Shown: positions 1 to 12,429 of the stretch, piece by piece | Numbering within the stretch: the stretch's first letter is position 1 | Layout: every line of letters starts with the position of its first letter | DNA from: Azolla caroliniana | Taxonomy: Eukaryota; Plantae; Polypodiophyta | DNA: 64,000 bases | Direction of reading: 5' to 3' | Assembly (NCBI GenBank): GCA_043228905.1 | Contig: JBHGNT010000020.1 | Coordinates: forward strand, 14,632,001 to 14,696,000 | Notes under the pieces: generated by a model | The model's input: the letters and a program-made list of their open reading frames with translations, nothing else | What the model was told of the DNA's origin: nothing | The model's database searches: none | Position numbers and translations under genes: made by a program

Positions 1-1690
1 ATAATGATATTTGACCACAAACAGGTTTTGAGTGGGGGGAGAAAACTTCCTTACAAGAGGTGGTCAATGAACAACCTAGAAGGTCTACTAGAGAATGAAA
101 ACGATTTGTAAGGTATCCTAGTTCAAATTATGTCTTAATCTCTGACGAGGGGGAGCCTGAAAGTTATGATGATGTTTTAAACCAAGGATGATTGGATAAA
201 ACCCATGCACGACGAAATGAACTCATTAAAGAAAAATAATACCTTTGATTTAGTAGAACTTCCTAAGGGAAGAAAAGTTTTGAAAAATAAATGGGTGTTT
301 AAGTAACAACAAGCTGGTGGTCACCTTGTAAAACATAAGGCTCGTTTAGTCGTAAAAGGTTTCGGCCAAAATAACGGCATTGATTTTGATGAAATTTTCT
401 CACTAGTTGTGAAAATGAGTTCTATTCGAGTTGTCTTAGGTTTGGCAGCAACTTTAAATCTCGAGATTGAGCAGCTCGATGTAAAGACAACTTTCTTGCA
501 TGGAGACTTGAAAGAAGAGATCTACATGGAACAACCGGAGGGTTTCGAAGAGAAAGGAAAGGAGCATATGGTATGCAAGCTGAGGAAAAGTCTTTACGGC
601 CTAAAACAAGCACCGCGACAATGGTATAGAAGGTTTGATTCATTTATGGCGAGTCAAAACTACACCAAGACTAATGGAGATCATTGTGTTTATGTTAAGA
701 ATTTTTCTGAAGGTAATTTTAGAATTCTCTTATTGTATGTTGATGATATGCTAATTGTAGGACAAGATGTAGACAATATCCACAAGTTAAAGGTGGATCT
801 ATCTAAGGCCTTCGACATGAAAGATCTAGGCCATGCTAAACATATTTTAGGCATGAAAATTACTTGCAATAGGGAATGTGGAAAGTTATGGCTTTCTCAA
901 GAAAAATACATAGAACAAGTATTAGAGAGGTTTAATATGCATAATGCAAACCTAGTAAGTACCCCCCTTGGTAGCCATTTTAAATTATGTAGAAAAGATT
1001 ATCCAAATACCGGGCAAGAGAAAGAAGATATGTCTTCAATTTCTTACTCTTCAGCGATTGGATCGTTGATGTATACTATGGTTAGCACAAGGCTAGATAT
1101 TGCCCATGCCGTTTGTGTTGTAATTAGATATGTCTCCAATCCGGATAAGTCTCATTGAGATGCCGTAAAATGGATCTTTCGATATTTAAGGGGTACATCA
1201 AAATTATGTTTATGTTTTGGAGATTCTAAACAAACTCTTGAAGGTTTTTCAGCTTCAGATATGGAAGGGGATCTCGATGGGAGAAAATCTACTTCGGCTT
1301 ACTTATTTACATTTGCAGGGGGAGCCGTATCATGGCAATCTAAGTTGCCAAAATGTGTTGCTTTGTCTACAACAGAAGCGGAATATATTGCAGCCACTGA
1401 AGCTGCCAAAGAGATGCTATGGTTGAAAAGGTTTGTTTCAGATTTGGGTTTAAGTCAACTAACTTATGTGATATTTTGTGATAGCCAAAGTGCAATGGAT
1501 CTAAGCAAGAACTCGATGTACCATTCTCGTACGAAACATATCGATGTAAGGTATCATTGGTTGTGCTCGGCAATTGAAGATCAACTTCTACAACTCAAGA
1601 AAATTCACACAGATGAAAATGTTGACGAAGGTAGTCTCTAAAGAAAAGCTTGAGCTATGTGTCAAGCTTGCTGGAATGAACAAAAACTAA
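1..1690 (+). pseudogene. Ty1/copia pol remnant (RT + RNase H), with stops
   Basis: ORF 409..1158 has QLDVKTTFLHG, SLYGLKQAPRQWY and LLYVDDM. ORF 1261..1641 has ALSTTEAEY, CDSQSA and RTKHIDVRYH. Broken by in-frame stops. Confidence 0.95.
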
Positions 1691-1733
1691 GTGGTTCAAT
1701 GGAATCTTGTCCTATGTGGCCAAAGGGGAAGAT

Positions 1734-2300
1734 TGTTAGGTTTTTTTGTCAACATTAGTATGTAAATGAAATGGGCCTTGGATGCCCAAAACTTGTATTT
1801 TTTAAATATAGTGTGAAAGGAGTTCACACAAGAAAACGTTACATATCTACACAAGAAAACGTAACTCATTTTTCTTGTGTGAGTTAAAAAGGGGGAAAAC
1901 GGGCATTTCTCCGTTGCAGCAGAGAAAAACAGATTTAAGAGAGCTCATACTCTCTTTCTTGGCTGATTCCTTCAAGTTTTCTCAAGTACACCGGCACAAT
2001 CAGACATCCGGACATCGTTGCCTCTGTCATCAGCCATGTGTTGTGAGTTTTGGTGGTTTTTTGTGTCTTTTTGTAATGTTTAGTTTTTTGAGGAAACATT
2101 ATATTCCTCGATTTCTCATAGTACTCTAACTTGTATATAGTAGAACTTTGGTGTATTAGATTTATATTGATAGTGAATTAGTTCTGGACTAGGTCTCGTG
2201 GTTTTTATCTCTTTGAGGGTTTTCCACGTTAAAATTTGTGGTATATTGTGTATTGATTTGTTGTGTATCTCTCTTGCTTTCTTTTAAATCTTGCACACCA
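1734..2300 (+). mobile_element. 3' LTR of the copia element at the window start
   Basis: Purine tract AAAGGGGAAGA (1722-1732) directly before TGTTAGG; U5-like GTGGTTTTT...GGGTTTTCCACGT motif; probable end ...CACACCA. Right boundary is approximate. Confidence 0.7.
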
Positions 2301-4650
2301 AAATTTTTGTTTTACAGAAGTGTTTTAATGCTATTAAGTTTCAGAACAGATAGCTCACACCTAATGATTTTAATCTATCCTCCCGAGGGTTGTGAAATTA
2401 ATTGCTACTGAACCTTTGGATCCGGCGGGTCTGAATAATTAGAAACCACTAAGAACAAACCAGTGACCACATACAAATCCATCAATCCCGAATGAGAGAT
2501 TAGTGTATAATTTTATACATGACCTAGGTTCTTGAGCCACTACCCACAGGCTGCCTTGGGTGCTAATAATGACCATAATTAACGATACAGGAATATTTCC
2601 GCCATTGGATAGTCCCTCCATTCTGATGAGGATCCATGATTTAGCTATGGAAGCGGTAATTCGGAAAATAGATATGAGCAGTGGCCCTCAATTAATCAGA
2701 CTTTTTGATTCTCTGGTTCTAGGTCATTGAGAAGCCATCCGTGTCATCTCTTCATGTTCAGCATGAGCCAACCAGGTGTTGACATAATGATTAGGACCAC
2801 GAACCTTAGCACAATCCATTCCAAAGGGAACTAATTCATTAAAACAAATAAGAAATTTGAAAATGTGAATAGGTCTACCAAAATAGCACATTACCACTTC
2901 ATAATACATCGGAGAAAATGAAGGAAACATCTCACATATTCGAGTCTAGTGTTCTTAATTCTAAAATGATGGGAAAAATTTGCACTCCAAAACATTGCAT
3001 TAGGAGAAACTGGGTGAAAAAGAGAAATAATGACTAGCTCAAAAGCCAGTTATTTAATGTGTTCAATCATAGATTAAATTTTGAGCATATTTCTTCATTA
3101 GGGCATTCACCCATCGAGTGATACAAAAGTCTCCATACATTTTATGGTTTTCAAGTTGTAGATTTTCTGCTAAACCCTAAGTCTGCTAGGGCATAATATA
3201 CAACTAGTTCTCTTTGATTTCTGAATTTTGATTCCAGCTCTTTCAACTGATTCATTAAACTATCGAGTAATTTTATGTCATACTCTTGGAACTGAGTCAT
3301 CCTGAAATGGATGGGCGATTGACAAATTTGGAGAACCTTGCAAGATCCCACTCTCCACATTCCCTGTTTGGCCCACACTAGCAATGCAATTCTATTTAGC
3401 AGAGCATATACTCATAATTACAACATATGGACAGTACAATAAGATCTGTCGCTCATCATGTTGTTAGCAGTGAGTAGATAGCAACATTCATACCTAGATA
3501 ATGACTAAGCCCATCATGTTGTTAGCCGTGATTGCACTTGTGAGGGGCTTTGGGCGATGACCTCATGCTTCAACATCGATGTAGAGAAAATGTTGAGAGT
3601 GAAGAAAGTCTAAGCGGATGTGTTGAATGGCTATCAACAAGTAATGTTGCTACAATTAAGGATCTCAAAGAAATTGGTTGGCATACAAATTCGTAGATCC
3701 AAGTGGATAATGTTGTGGATGATTACACCTAATCTCCATAAGGATTCTCTTCAATCATCATAAAGTGTTATATCCAACAATGAGAACTTGAGGATTGGTT
3801 GTCTTCACAGAGAAGATATACTGCAACTTTCCAACATTTTAACAAACATTCATTTTGACACAGGTTTTGGCAATGTAAAATTATTGGACGATGCTAAATA
3901 TGTTCTAAAGATTTATTTTCAATGTTATGGTGAACATCCATCTTATGTTTTAAATATTACATGGAAACATGAGGATGCAGAGATAGATGTTTAACTCAGA
4001 GTACACAGTGGACAATACTGTGAAGAAAACAATATTTGAAATATATATTATTTAGAGAAAAAGAACCCTCTATGATTTCGTTGTAAAGAATGTGATATAC
4101 AATTGGAATGTCGATTCTGATGAAGGTACAAATACCTCACGTATGAGTTGAAGGCGCAAATGGACATGGGAGACCATGATCAAAAGCAAGATGGAGGGCA
4201 CAATCGAGATATAAACAAAAGAACTAATTGTTGATGGGTGGGTGGGGGCCATAGGTGGTGCGATGATGTGAAGTTTCACTCTTCTTCTTCTTACTTCATT
4301 GTGTAGTTCCTTGAGTTCTTCTCCAAGGGGGGTTAGTTGTAGGGTGTGCCTAGTGTTGATGGAGTGGAGGTAAGAATGGCTCCATCCCCCCTCCCACTAG
4401 GTTGAGAGAGAGAGTGAGTGAGGAGAGAGTGGAAGGAACAAAAACGTGATGAGGTTCCAAGAATAGTGTTGAAACATATTTATGATGGAACTTTGTACTC
4501 CGAACTCCGTTTTTTATGATTTTTGGCTCATTGCGAAGCTCGTTCAGAGAGCTTTCCAAGGATTATTTGGAATTAAGTTTTGTTATCTTTACAAGAAGCT
4601 ACAAGAAAATTTGTCATCGTCTCAAGTTAGTTCTCTAAATCTCTATTAGA

Positions 4651-5100
4651 ATGCCTGCCACAACAAGAGGAAGTGAGTTGATGATTGTTGATACATGTGG
4701 TAGTGATGATGGTTGTGAAAATTACAAGAGGCAAAAGTGTATCAATTCAACAGAACCTGAGAAAACATCATATGCTGCTATTCTTGGTGGGAAATATGTT
4801 ATTGGAGATGATTATGATATTGAAAGTCTTCGTGATTTTGTTAAGGCTTTGCTTTCTAATTTTATAGGAAAAAATGAGAAAGATGCTAAAGATTGTGTGG
4901 AGGAGGATGTTGTAGAGGTGGTGATAGAGACCAACTCTATGTTAGCAACTTTTGACGAGTTCTATGATCGTGGTGTTATTTTGTATTTCACCAATAAACT
5001 TCGTTTGGTATCATGGATTAAGCAGTGGTTGAATTCATTCATAATGCCTAATTGGGTTGAGGATGTGTAGGTGGTTCCACGAGGTTTTTATGATGTGGTT
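4651..5100 (+). pseudogene. Probable LINE ORF1 (DUF4283-like) fragment
   Basis: SYAAIL...GVILYFTN...WIKQWLN...WVEDV*VVPRGFYDVV resembles plant L1 ORF1 N-termini. Truncated. Confidence 0.45.
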
Positions 5101-5109
5101 TAGGAGTAC

Positions 5110-5217
5110 TCCGGACAACACTATAAAAGAGGCACAAGGCATTATTTTGAACTATTTCGGTTCAACAAGAGTCTTAAGCCTCATAAATCGTTTGTAATCA
5201 TTATTCTCACTCACTCA

Positions 5218-5271
<54 letters not shown>

Positions 5272-6164
5272 CTTCTTCTCTCGAGAGTTCTACACATTTT
5301 TTTCCCTCTTAGTACTAATCCTCATCTCTAGTACTAATTCCCCCTTTGTATTAGTACTATTCTTGACAATTTGAACCGAATTGGTCGATCTTCTTACTCG
5401 TCCCTCCCTTTATACTAATCCTCTTATCTCTCCTTTCACCAATACTATGGCAACTGTTAGTGCTCAAGAATATCAAACTGTTTTCTCGGAGTTGTAATCT
5501 TGAAAGAAAAGTTTCTCGCATTGGGACAAGAAAATCAATGGTTGTTGGGGGATCTTCAACAAGTCTCTTTAGAAAAGCAGCAAACGCAACAACATGAGGA
5601 GCTGGCGTTACGTGTGCAACAACTTGAAGCAACTATTGTAGTGTTACAACAAGGACCACGTACTCAAGGGATTCATAAAGAACCCAAGATTGGTCTTCTT
5701 ATGAAATTCGATGGAACGCGATCATAGTTCAGAGGATTCCTTAAACAGGTACGATTAGTCATTCAAATGCATCATTCCCTATATCCCACCGATGCATCAC
5801 GAGTGGGTCTAGTAGGCACGTTGCTAAGTGGCTCAACTTTGGCATGGTTCGCTCCATTACTAAATAATTTTGAAGAGTTTATAAGCGACTTTAAAGCTTG
5901 TTTTGGAGATACTGATAGCATAAGGACGATAATCAACAAAATCCGACGACTACATCAAGGTGATCGTCCAGCCACCACGTATGTTGCAGATTTCCGTCTC
6001 CTCACCTCTGATATCCCATGGGATGATCAAACATTCATGGAGCAATATTGATGCAACGTACGAAATGATGTCAAAGACTTTCCTTGAAGAACCAAAATCA
6101 CTCACAGAGGCAATTAGTTAGCTCAACGGTATGATGTGATTATTGGCTTTTCGAACGACATTCG
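5110..6164 (+). mobile_element. Tcn1-like Ty3/gypsy: partial 5' LTR (ends TGACA 5368), self-priming-type PBS, gag N-terminus
   Basis: TATAAAA 5122, CT microsatellite, LTR end 5368. Gag EPKIGLLMKFDGTRS and VGLVGTLLSGSTLAWF...FKACFGD. Cut at the ATTCG TSD. Confidence 0.8.
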
Positions 6165-6436
6165 TGTCGGGAACTCAAGGTTCCTTATGCGCAACGCTCG
6201 GCCACAACCGAGCTTAGAATGATACACAGAAAATGGGAAAATAAAACACGACACAAAGAAGAAGAGAAATACACAAGAGGTTTACGTGGAAAACCCCAAA
6301 CTAGGGGAAAAACCACGGCAGCCCACAGGCTGCAAACTGTCACTATGTAAGAATACACAACAGTGAGCTCACGGAGGCACCGACCTCGTGCTCACAGATC
6401 TTCGCCACAAGCGGCGGTTACAACGGAGGAAATGAC

Positions 6437-6479
<43 letters not shown>

Positions 6480-6642
6480 CAGTTACGCACACTAATCTCG
6501 TGCAAAACAGAAAAATGACAACGACTAAAAGTTTGCCCTAAGTCATATTTATACTAATATGACGTTTCGGCTATTTACAAACATAGCCTCGATGAACTCT
6601 CAGAAAACATATTTACGAATATGTCTCTTCATCCGGTTCATA

Positions 6643-6910
6643 CCGGGTCTGCACCATCCGGCTCTCCATAGCCGGGTACTCCTCATCCGGTCTTCACCGG
6701 GTCTGTATCATCCGGCTCTCCGTAACCGGGTACTCCTCATCCGGTCTTCACCGGGTCTGTATCATCCGGCGCTCCGTAGCCGGGTACTCCTCATCCGATC
6801 TTCATCGGGTCTGTATCATCTGGCTCTCCGTAGCCGGGTACTCCTCATCCGGTTCTCACCGGGTCTGCACCATCCGGCTCTCCGTAGCCGGGTACTCCTC
6901 ATCCGGTTTC
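6643..6910. repeat. 54-bp CCGG-rich tandem repeat inside family-A LTR (5 units; about 7 units at 11495-11860)
   Basis: Unit CCGGGTCTGTATCATCCGGCTCTCCGTAGCCGGGTACTCCTCATCCGGTCTTCA read directly. Confidence 0.95.
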
Positions 6911-6980
6911 GGGCTCGGCCGAGTTTGTTCATCGGCACTGTTCTTCTCCCTTCCCATCCGGAGGGACCTATCTCCCAACA

Positions 6981-7339
6981 ATTCGAAACGCCAATTGTTA
7001 CCGATTAGGAACACGGTCTATGGTTAGTCCTTCGACCTAGACCTCAAAGTGACTCTGTGACAACGAATGGTAGCGTCTGTGCGTAATACTTAGTGGGATA
7101 CGTCCCGTAACCTAGCAACGTATAAGGGAGACGCCTACAACCGAGCTCCTTAGATAGTGGGCTAGCGCACACACCGTTACTCACGCCTACGCTCTTAAGG
7201 ATTACAGACACACAGTAGATTAACCACATATACGCACAGATATCAGAGAAGATAGAACTCTATTAAGATACACCTTTTGCATTCAAAATTACACGCTACC
7301 TCTATCAGGGTTTTTCTGCCCTTTATATACGCAGGGTCT
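6981..7339. repeat. 359-bp duplicate of 11912-12270 (host gag spacer plus most of the B1 LTR)
   Basis: Near-identical sequence starting ATTCGAAACGCCAATTGTTACCGATTAGG; about 3 differences seen. Confidence 0.95.
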
Positions 7340-7406
7340 GCACCATCTGGCTCTCCGTAGCCGGGTACTCCTCATCCGGTTTCGGCCTCAGCCGAGCTTG
7401 TTCGAG

Positions 7407-10400
7407 CTTCCACAGCTGCCATGTACTCCGCCTCCGTGGTTCCACAATGCAACCGTCTTCTGCAACCTCGATTGCCACGAAACAGCTCCCCCTGCATATG
7501 TCATTACATACCCGGATGTAGACCGGCTGGTATCCACATCAGCCGACATGTCCGAATCGGTGAAACCGTCCAGTTGAGGTTTTTCGGAGCCGAATCGGAG
7601 ACACATATTTGAAGTGCCCTTCAAATACCGGAGTATCCATTTGACCGCATTCTAGTGCTCCTTGCCGTGATTACTCATGAACCGGCTCACCACTCCGACT
7701 GCTTATCCTATATCCGGTCGGGTACACACCATTGTGTACATCAAGCTCCCGATGGCAGAGGCATATGGAATCTTCATCATATCCGCCTTCTCTGCTTTCG
7801 TCTTCGGGCTTTGCTTACCGGATAGCCTGCAGTTTGCCGGAAGTGTCGATCCGACCGGTTTCGCTTTTGACATGTTGAACCGGTGAAGCACCTTTGTCAC
7901 ATACTTCTCCTGTGACAGCCATAATTGCTTCGCTGATCGGTTCCGGATGATGTGCATCCCCAACATCTATCTTGCCGGACCCAAGTCTTTCATTGAGGAG
8001 GTCCGGTTGAGAGCCTTCTTCAGCATCCGTATTTTGACTTGGTCACGTCCGACGATCAACATGTCATCCACGTATAGAAGGAGTATAAGGAAGTCGCCTC
8101 CTCCAAACTTCTTCACAAACACACAGTGATCGGCCTGTGTCTTGTGGTACCCTTGATCGGTCATGAAGGAATCGAACTTCCGGTACCATTGTTGGGGAGC
8201 CTGCTTCAGTCCGTACAGGCTCTTCTTCAACCGGCATACCAGGTGCTCCTTCCCTTTCTCCACGAATCCTTCTGGTTGTTGCATGTAGATCTCCTCTTCG
8301 AGGTCGCTGTGAAGAAATGTCGTCTTCACGTCCAGCTTCTCTACCTCGAGGTCCATGCTTGCCGCTATACTCAGCACCGTCCGGATGAAGGTCATCTTTA
8401 CTACCGGGGCAAATATCTCGTCGAAGTCCATGCCCTTCTTCTGCTGGAACCCCTTCACCACGATCCTGGCTTTGTATCTCGGGGGGTTGCCGGCATCTCT
8501 TGGTTTCAACTTGTACACCCACTTGTTTCGGAGTGCCCGCTTTTCTTTCGGCAACTCCACCAATTCGTACGTATGGTTCTCATGCAGGGAATCCATCTCA
8601 TCCTGCATGACACTTAACAATTTTCGGCTATGGGTGTCTTCCTTCGCTTCTTCGAAGCTTTCTGGCTTCCCCTCATCGGTCAGCAGAACATGCTCTGCAT
8701 CCGGAAATCTGCGGGGCGCCGTTTTCTCTCTGAGAGGATATCTCCGTCTTCGGGCTTCGGTAACCGGCTCATCCATCTGCTCTTCATCCGAATCCGATTC
8801 GGAGTCTTGGCCGGTTCCGGTTTCAGCTTCCTCTACTTCTTCTTCAACCTGTTCGGTATCCTCACCGTAACCGGCTGGTCCCTCGAGTGCTAACCGGTCT
8901 CTTGCCGGTTGGGTCTGCTCATCGTAGAGTCGATCCTTACCGGTCGACTCAGAGTTTATTATCTTCTTCTCTGACTCCCAGTCGGCAAGCGTCTTGTTCT
9001 CCATGAAGATAATATCTCGACTCCGGAGTACCTTCTTGTCGACCAGGTCCCACACTCGGTAGCCGAATTCATCGTCACTGTAACCGAGGAATATGCATGC
9101 CCGGGTCTTTGGATCTAACTTACCTCTCCGGTCCTTAGCTACATGCACGTACGCAAGACACCCGAACACCTTTAGATGCCGGTAGGATACTTCCTTACCG
9201 GTCCACACTCTCTGTGGCGTGTTTCCGTCCAAGGGTACTGAGGGTGATCTATTTATCACATATGTTGCCGTCGACAGTGCCTAAGCCCAAAACTTCTTGG
9301 GTAGTTTTGCATGCGCTAGCATGCTCCGGACCCTCTCCATTATGGTCCGGTTCATCCTCTCGGCCTGTCCGTTCAGTTCTGGCGTCTTCGGCACAGTAAA
9401 TTCGAGCCGGATTCCCTTCGAGCGGCAGTACTCCTCGAACTGCCCCCGGTACTCTGCTCCGTTATCTGCTCGAACCGGCATGTGACTTCGTGTCTACTTG
9501 ACACACATCCGTATGCACCAACTCCAGTGGTGCATTACGTCTCATCGGTGGCCTTGGTCGGAAGGAGGTCCGGTTTTGCTTACCGGCCAGACAATCAGTG
9601 CACTTCTCTAAGTGCACGTTCTTCACTGGAATGAGGTTTTCGTGTGCAAGCGTCTTCATCCCCTTCTCGCTCATATGACACAACCTCTTGTGCCACAGCT
9701 CACCGACAGTGTCAGAAGCCACATTCACTTCTTCCGGACATAACCGGGCATTCATCAGGTACAACGTGTTGACCTTCCGGGCCCGAGCCACAATCAGGCT
9801 CCCTTTGCTGAACTTCATGACACCGTTCCAGATGCTACCCGTGCAACCCTCATCATCTAGCCGACCGGCTGATATTAGGTTCAGTCGAACCTCCGGAACA
9901 TGTCAGACATCTCTCAGTAGCAACTTGCATCCGGTTGGTGTCAACAGCCACACATCTCCTATGCCGACAATTCGGCATGTTCCTTCATTCCCCATCCGGA
10001 CACAGCCGTGATCACCAGCTGAGGAGGATTAGAAGCATTTCCGGTCCGGGGTAAGGTGGAACGACGCTCCGGAGTCTACCACCTAGGTCATCTCATCGCC
10101 GATAAGGTTTATCTCACTCTCCTCGGTGATGAGCATCAACTCTTCTTCACTTGCTGTGATTGCCACCGTTCCCTTCCGGTCCGGCCCCCTCCGGTCTTTA
10201 CCGCTCCGGTCCGGGGTCCGCTTCGAACCGGTACTGTCGGTTTCCTTGTCTTTACGGAAGTGTCGACAGTTCTTCTGGAAGTGTCCCGTCTTGCCGCAAT
10301 AGAAGCAAGTAAGCCTCCCCCTTGACTTTGACCGTGTCCCCGACTTCTCCCAGTTCTGGGGACTACGGTTTCTATGTCTTCCGCGTTCCGATTCGGTAAG

Positions 10401-11000
10401 GAGCGCTTTGGAGTCGGAGCTCGTATCCTTATCTTTACGACGTACCTCCTCATCTAGCAAGCTGGACTTTACTCTTGCAAGGGATAACCGTTTTCCTTCC
10501 GGCCCGGCATTGCCCAAAGTGACAACCAACGTCTCCCAGCTATCCGGGAGGGAGCCGAGCAGGAGTAGTGCTAGTACCTCGTCGGCGAGAGGTACTTCCA
10601 ATGAAGTTGCCTGGTGGATCAGCCCCTGGAAGGCATTCATGTGCTCTGCCATGCTGGAGCCATCTTGGTACCAGAGTCTTTCTAGCTTCCGGAATACCGA
10701 CACCTGATTGACAACATTTTTGTTCTGAAACATTATGCCGATCTTCTCCCAGAGCTCATGAGCCTTGCTCTCTTCATTGAAGTTGTTGTACAGGCTCATG
10801 TCGATGAAGCACCGTATGTACGTCGTTGTCTTCATGTGCATCACCTCCCATATCGCGGCGTCGATTTTGTTCGGTCTCTTGTCCTCGAACTGAACCGGCA
10901 GCCAGAGGACTTTAACCACGAGCATGTCCCTCATCTTCGACTTCCACACTGGATAGTTGGAGCCGGTGAGCTTGAACATGCCGCCAAACGATTCGTCCAT
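7407..11000 (-). pseudogene. Copia gag-pol (gag zinc knuckle, protease, GAG-pre-integrase, integrase, RT, partial RNase H), frameshifted
   Basis: CFYCGKTGHFQKNC, LWHKRLCHMS, ADNGAEY, PELNGQAERMNRT, LLLYVDDM, AVSWQSRLQ. RNase H C-terminus and PPT are missing. Confidence 0.93.
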
Positions 11001-12429
11001 TTTCTCTGTCAACCTTGCTCTGATACCACTTGTCGGAAACTCAAGGTTCCTTATGCGCAACGCTCGGCCACAGCCGAGCTTAGAATTATACACAGAAAAC
11101 GGGACATAAAACACGACACAAAGAAGAAGAGAAATACACAGGAGGTTTACGTGGAAAACTCCAAACTAGGGGAAAAACCACGGCAGCCCACAGGCTGCAA
11201 ACTGTCACCATGTAAGAATATACAACAGTGAGCTCATTGAGGCACCGACCTCGTGCTCACAGATCTTCGCCACAAGCGGCGGTTACAATGGAGGCAATGA
11301 CCTCTTTCTTTCTCTCTCTCTCTCTGTACTGTTACGCACACTAATCTCGTGCAAAACAGAAAAATGACAACAACGACTAAAAGTTTGCCCTAAGTCATAT
11401 TTATACTAATATGAATTTTCGGCTATTTACAAATATAGCCTCGATGAACTTTCAGAAAACATATTTACGAATATGTCTCTTCATCCGGTTCATACCGGGT
11501 CTGCACCATCCGGCTCTCCGGAGCCGAGTACTCCTCATCCGGTCTTCACCGGGTCTGTATCATCCGGCTCTCCCTAGCCGGGTACTCCTCATCCGGTCTT
11601 CACCGGGTCTGTATCATCCGGCTCTCTGTAGCCGGGTACTCCTCATCCGGTCTTCACTGGGTCTGTATCATCCGGCTTTCCATAGCCGGGTACTCCTCAT
11701 CCGGTCTTCACCGGGTCTGTATCATCCGGCTCTCCGTAGCCGGGTACTCCTCATCCGGTCTTCACCGGGTCTGTATCATCCGGCTCTCCGTAGCCGGGTA
11801 CTCCTCATCCGGTCTTCACCGGGTCTGTATCATCCGGCTCTCCGTAGCCGGATACTGCTCATACGGCACTGTTCTTCTCCCTTCCCATTCGGAGGGACCT
11901 GTCTCCCAACAATTCGAAACGCCAATTGTTACCGATTAGGAACACGGTCTATGGTTAGTCCTTCGACCTAGACCTCAAAGTGACTCTGTGACAACGAATG
12001 GTAGCATCTGTGCGTAATACTTAGTGGGATACGTCCCGTAACCTAGCAACGTATAAGGGAGACGTCTACAACCGAGCTCCTTAGATAGTGGGCTAGCGCA
12101 CACACCGTTACTCACGCCTACGCTCTTAAGGATTACAGACACACAGTAGATTAACCACATATACGCACAGATATCAGAGAAGATAGAACTCTATTAAGAT
12201 ACACCTTTTGCATTCAAAATTACACGCTACCTCTATCAGGGGTTTTCTGCCCTTTATATACGCAGGGTCTTTTAGCCGTTCACGCTTCTCACGTGAACCG
12301 TTTACATGCGTTACAATATTATTCTATTCCATATTACTGCACTCTTGTCCGTCGTTACTATTCTGGCGGACAACACCTGGCACGCCTGTGGGACAGTGCC
12401 ATGGCACGTCGGACCCACCCCTTTTATCT

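Larger units (their letters stand above)
6165..11911 (-). mobile_element. Ty1/copia element (family A), rearranged at its 3' end; TSD ATTCG
   Basis: LTRs 6165-6980 and 11031-11911; ATTCG at 6160-6164 and 11912-11916; PBS TGGTATCAGAGC (iMet) on minus strand at 11017-11028. Confidence 0.92.

Noticed and set aside
6559-11971. ORFs with PGLYHPALRSRVLLIRSS repeats (6559..7008, 11411..11971, also about 20100-20490)
   Set aside because: Open frames produced by the 54-bp LTR tandem repeat; no evidence of coding.
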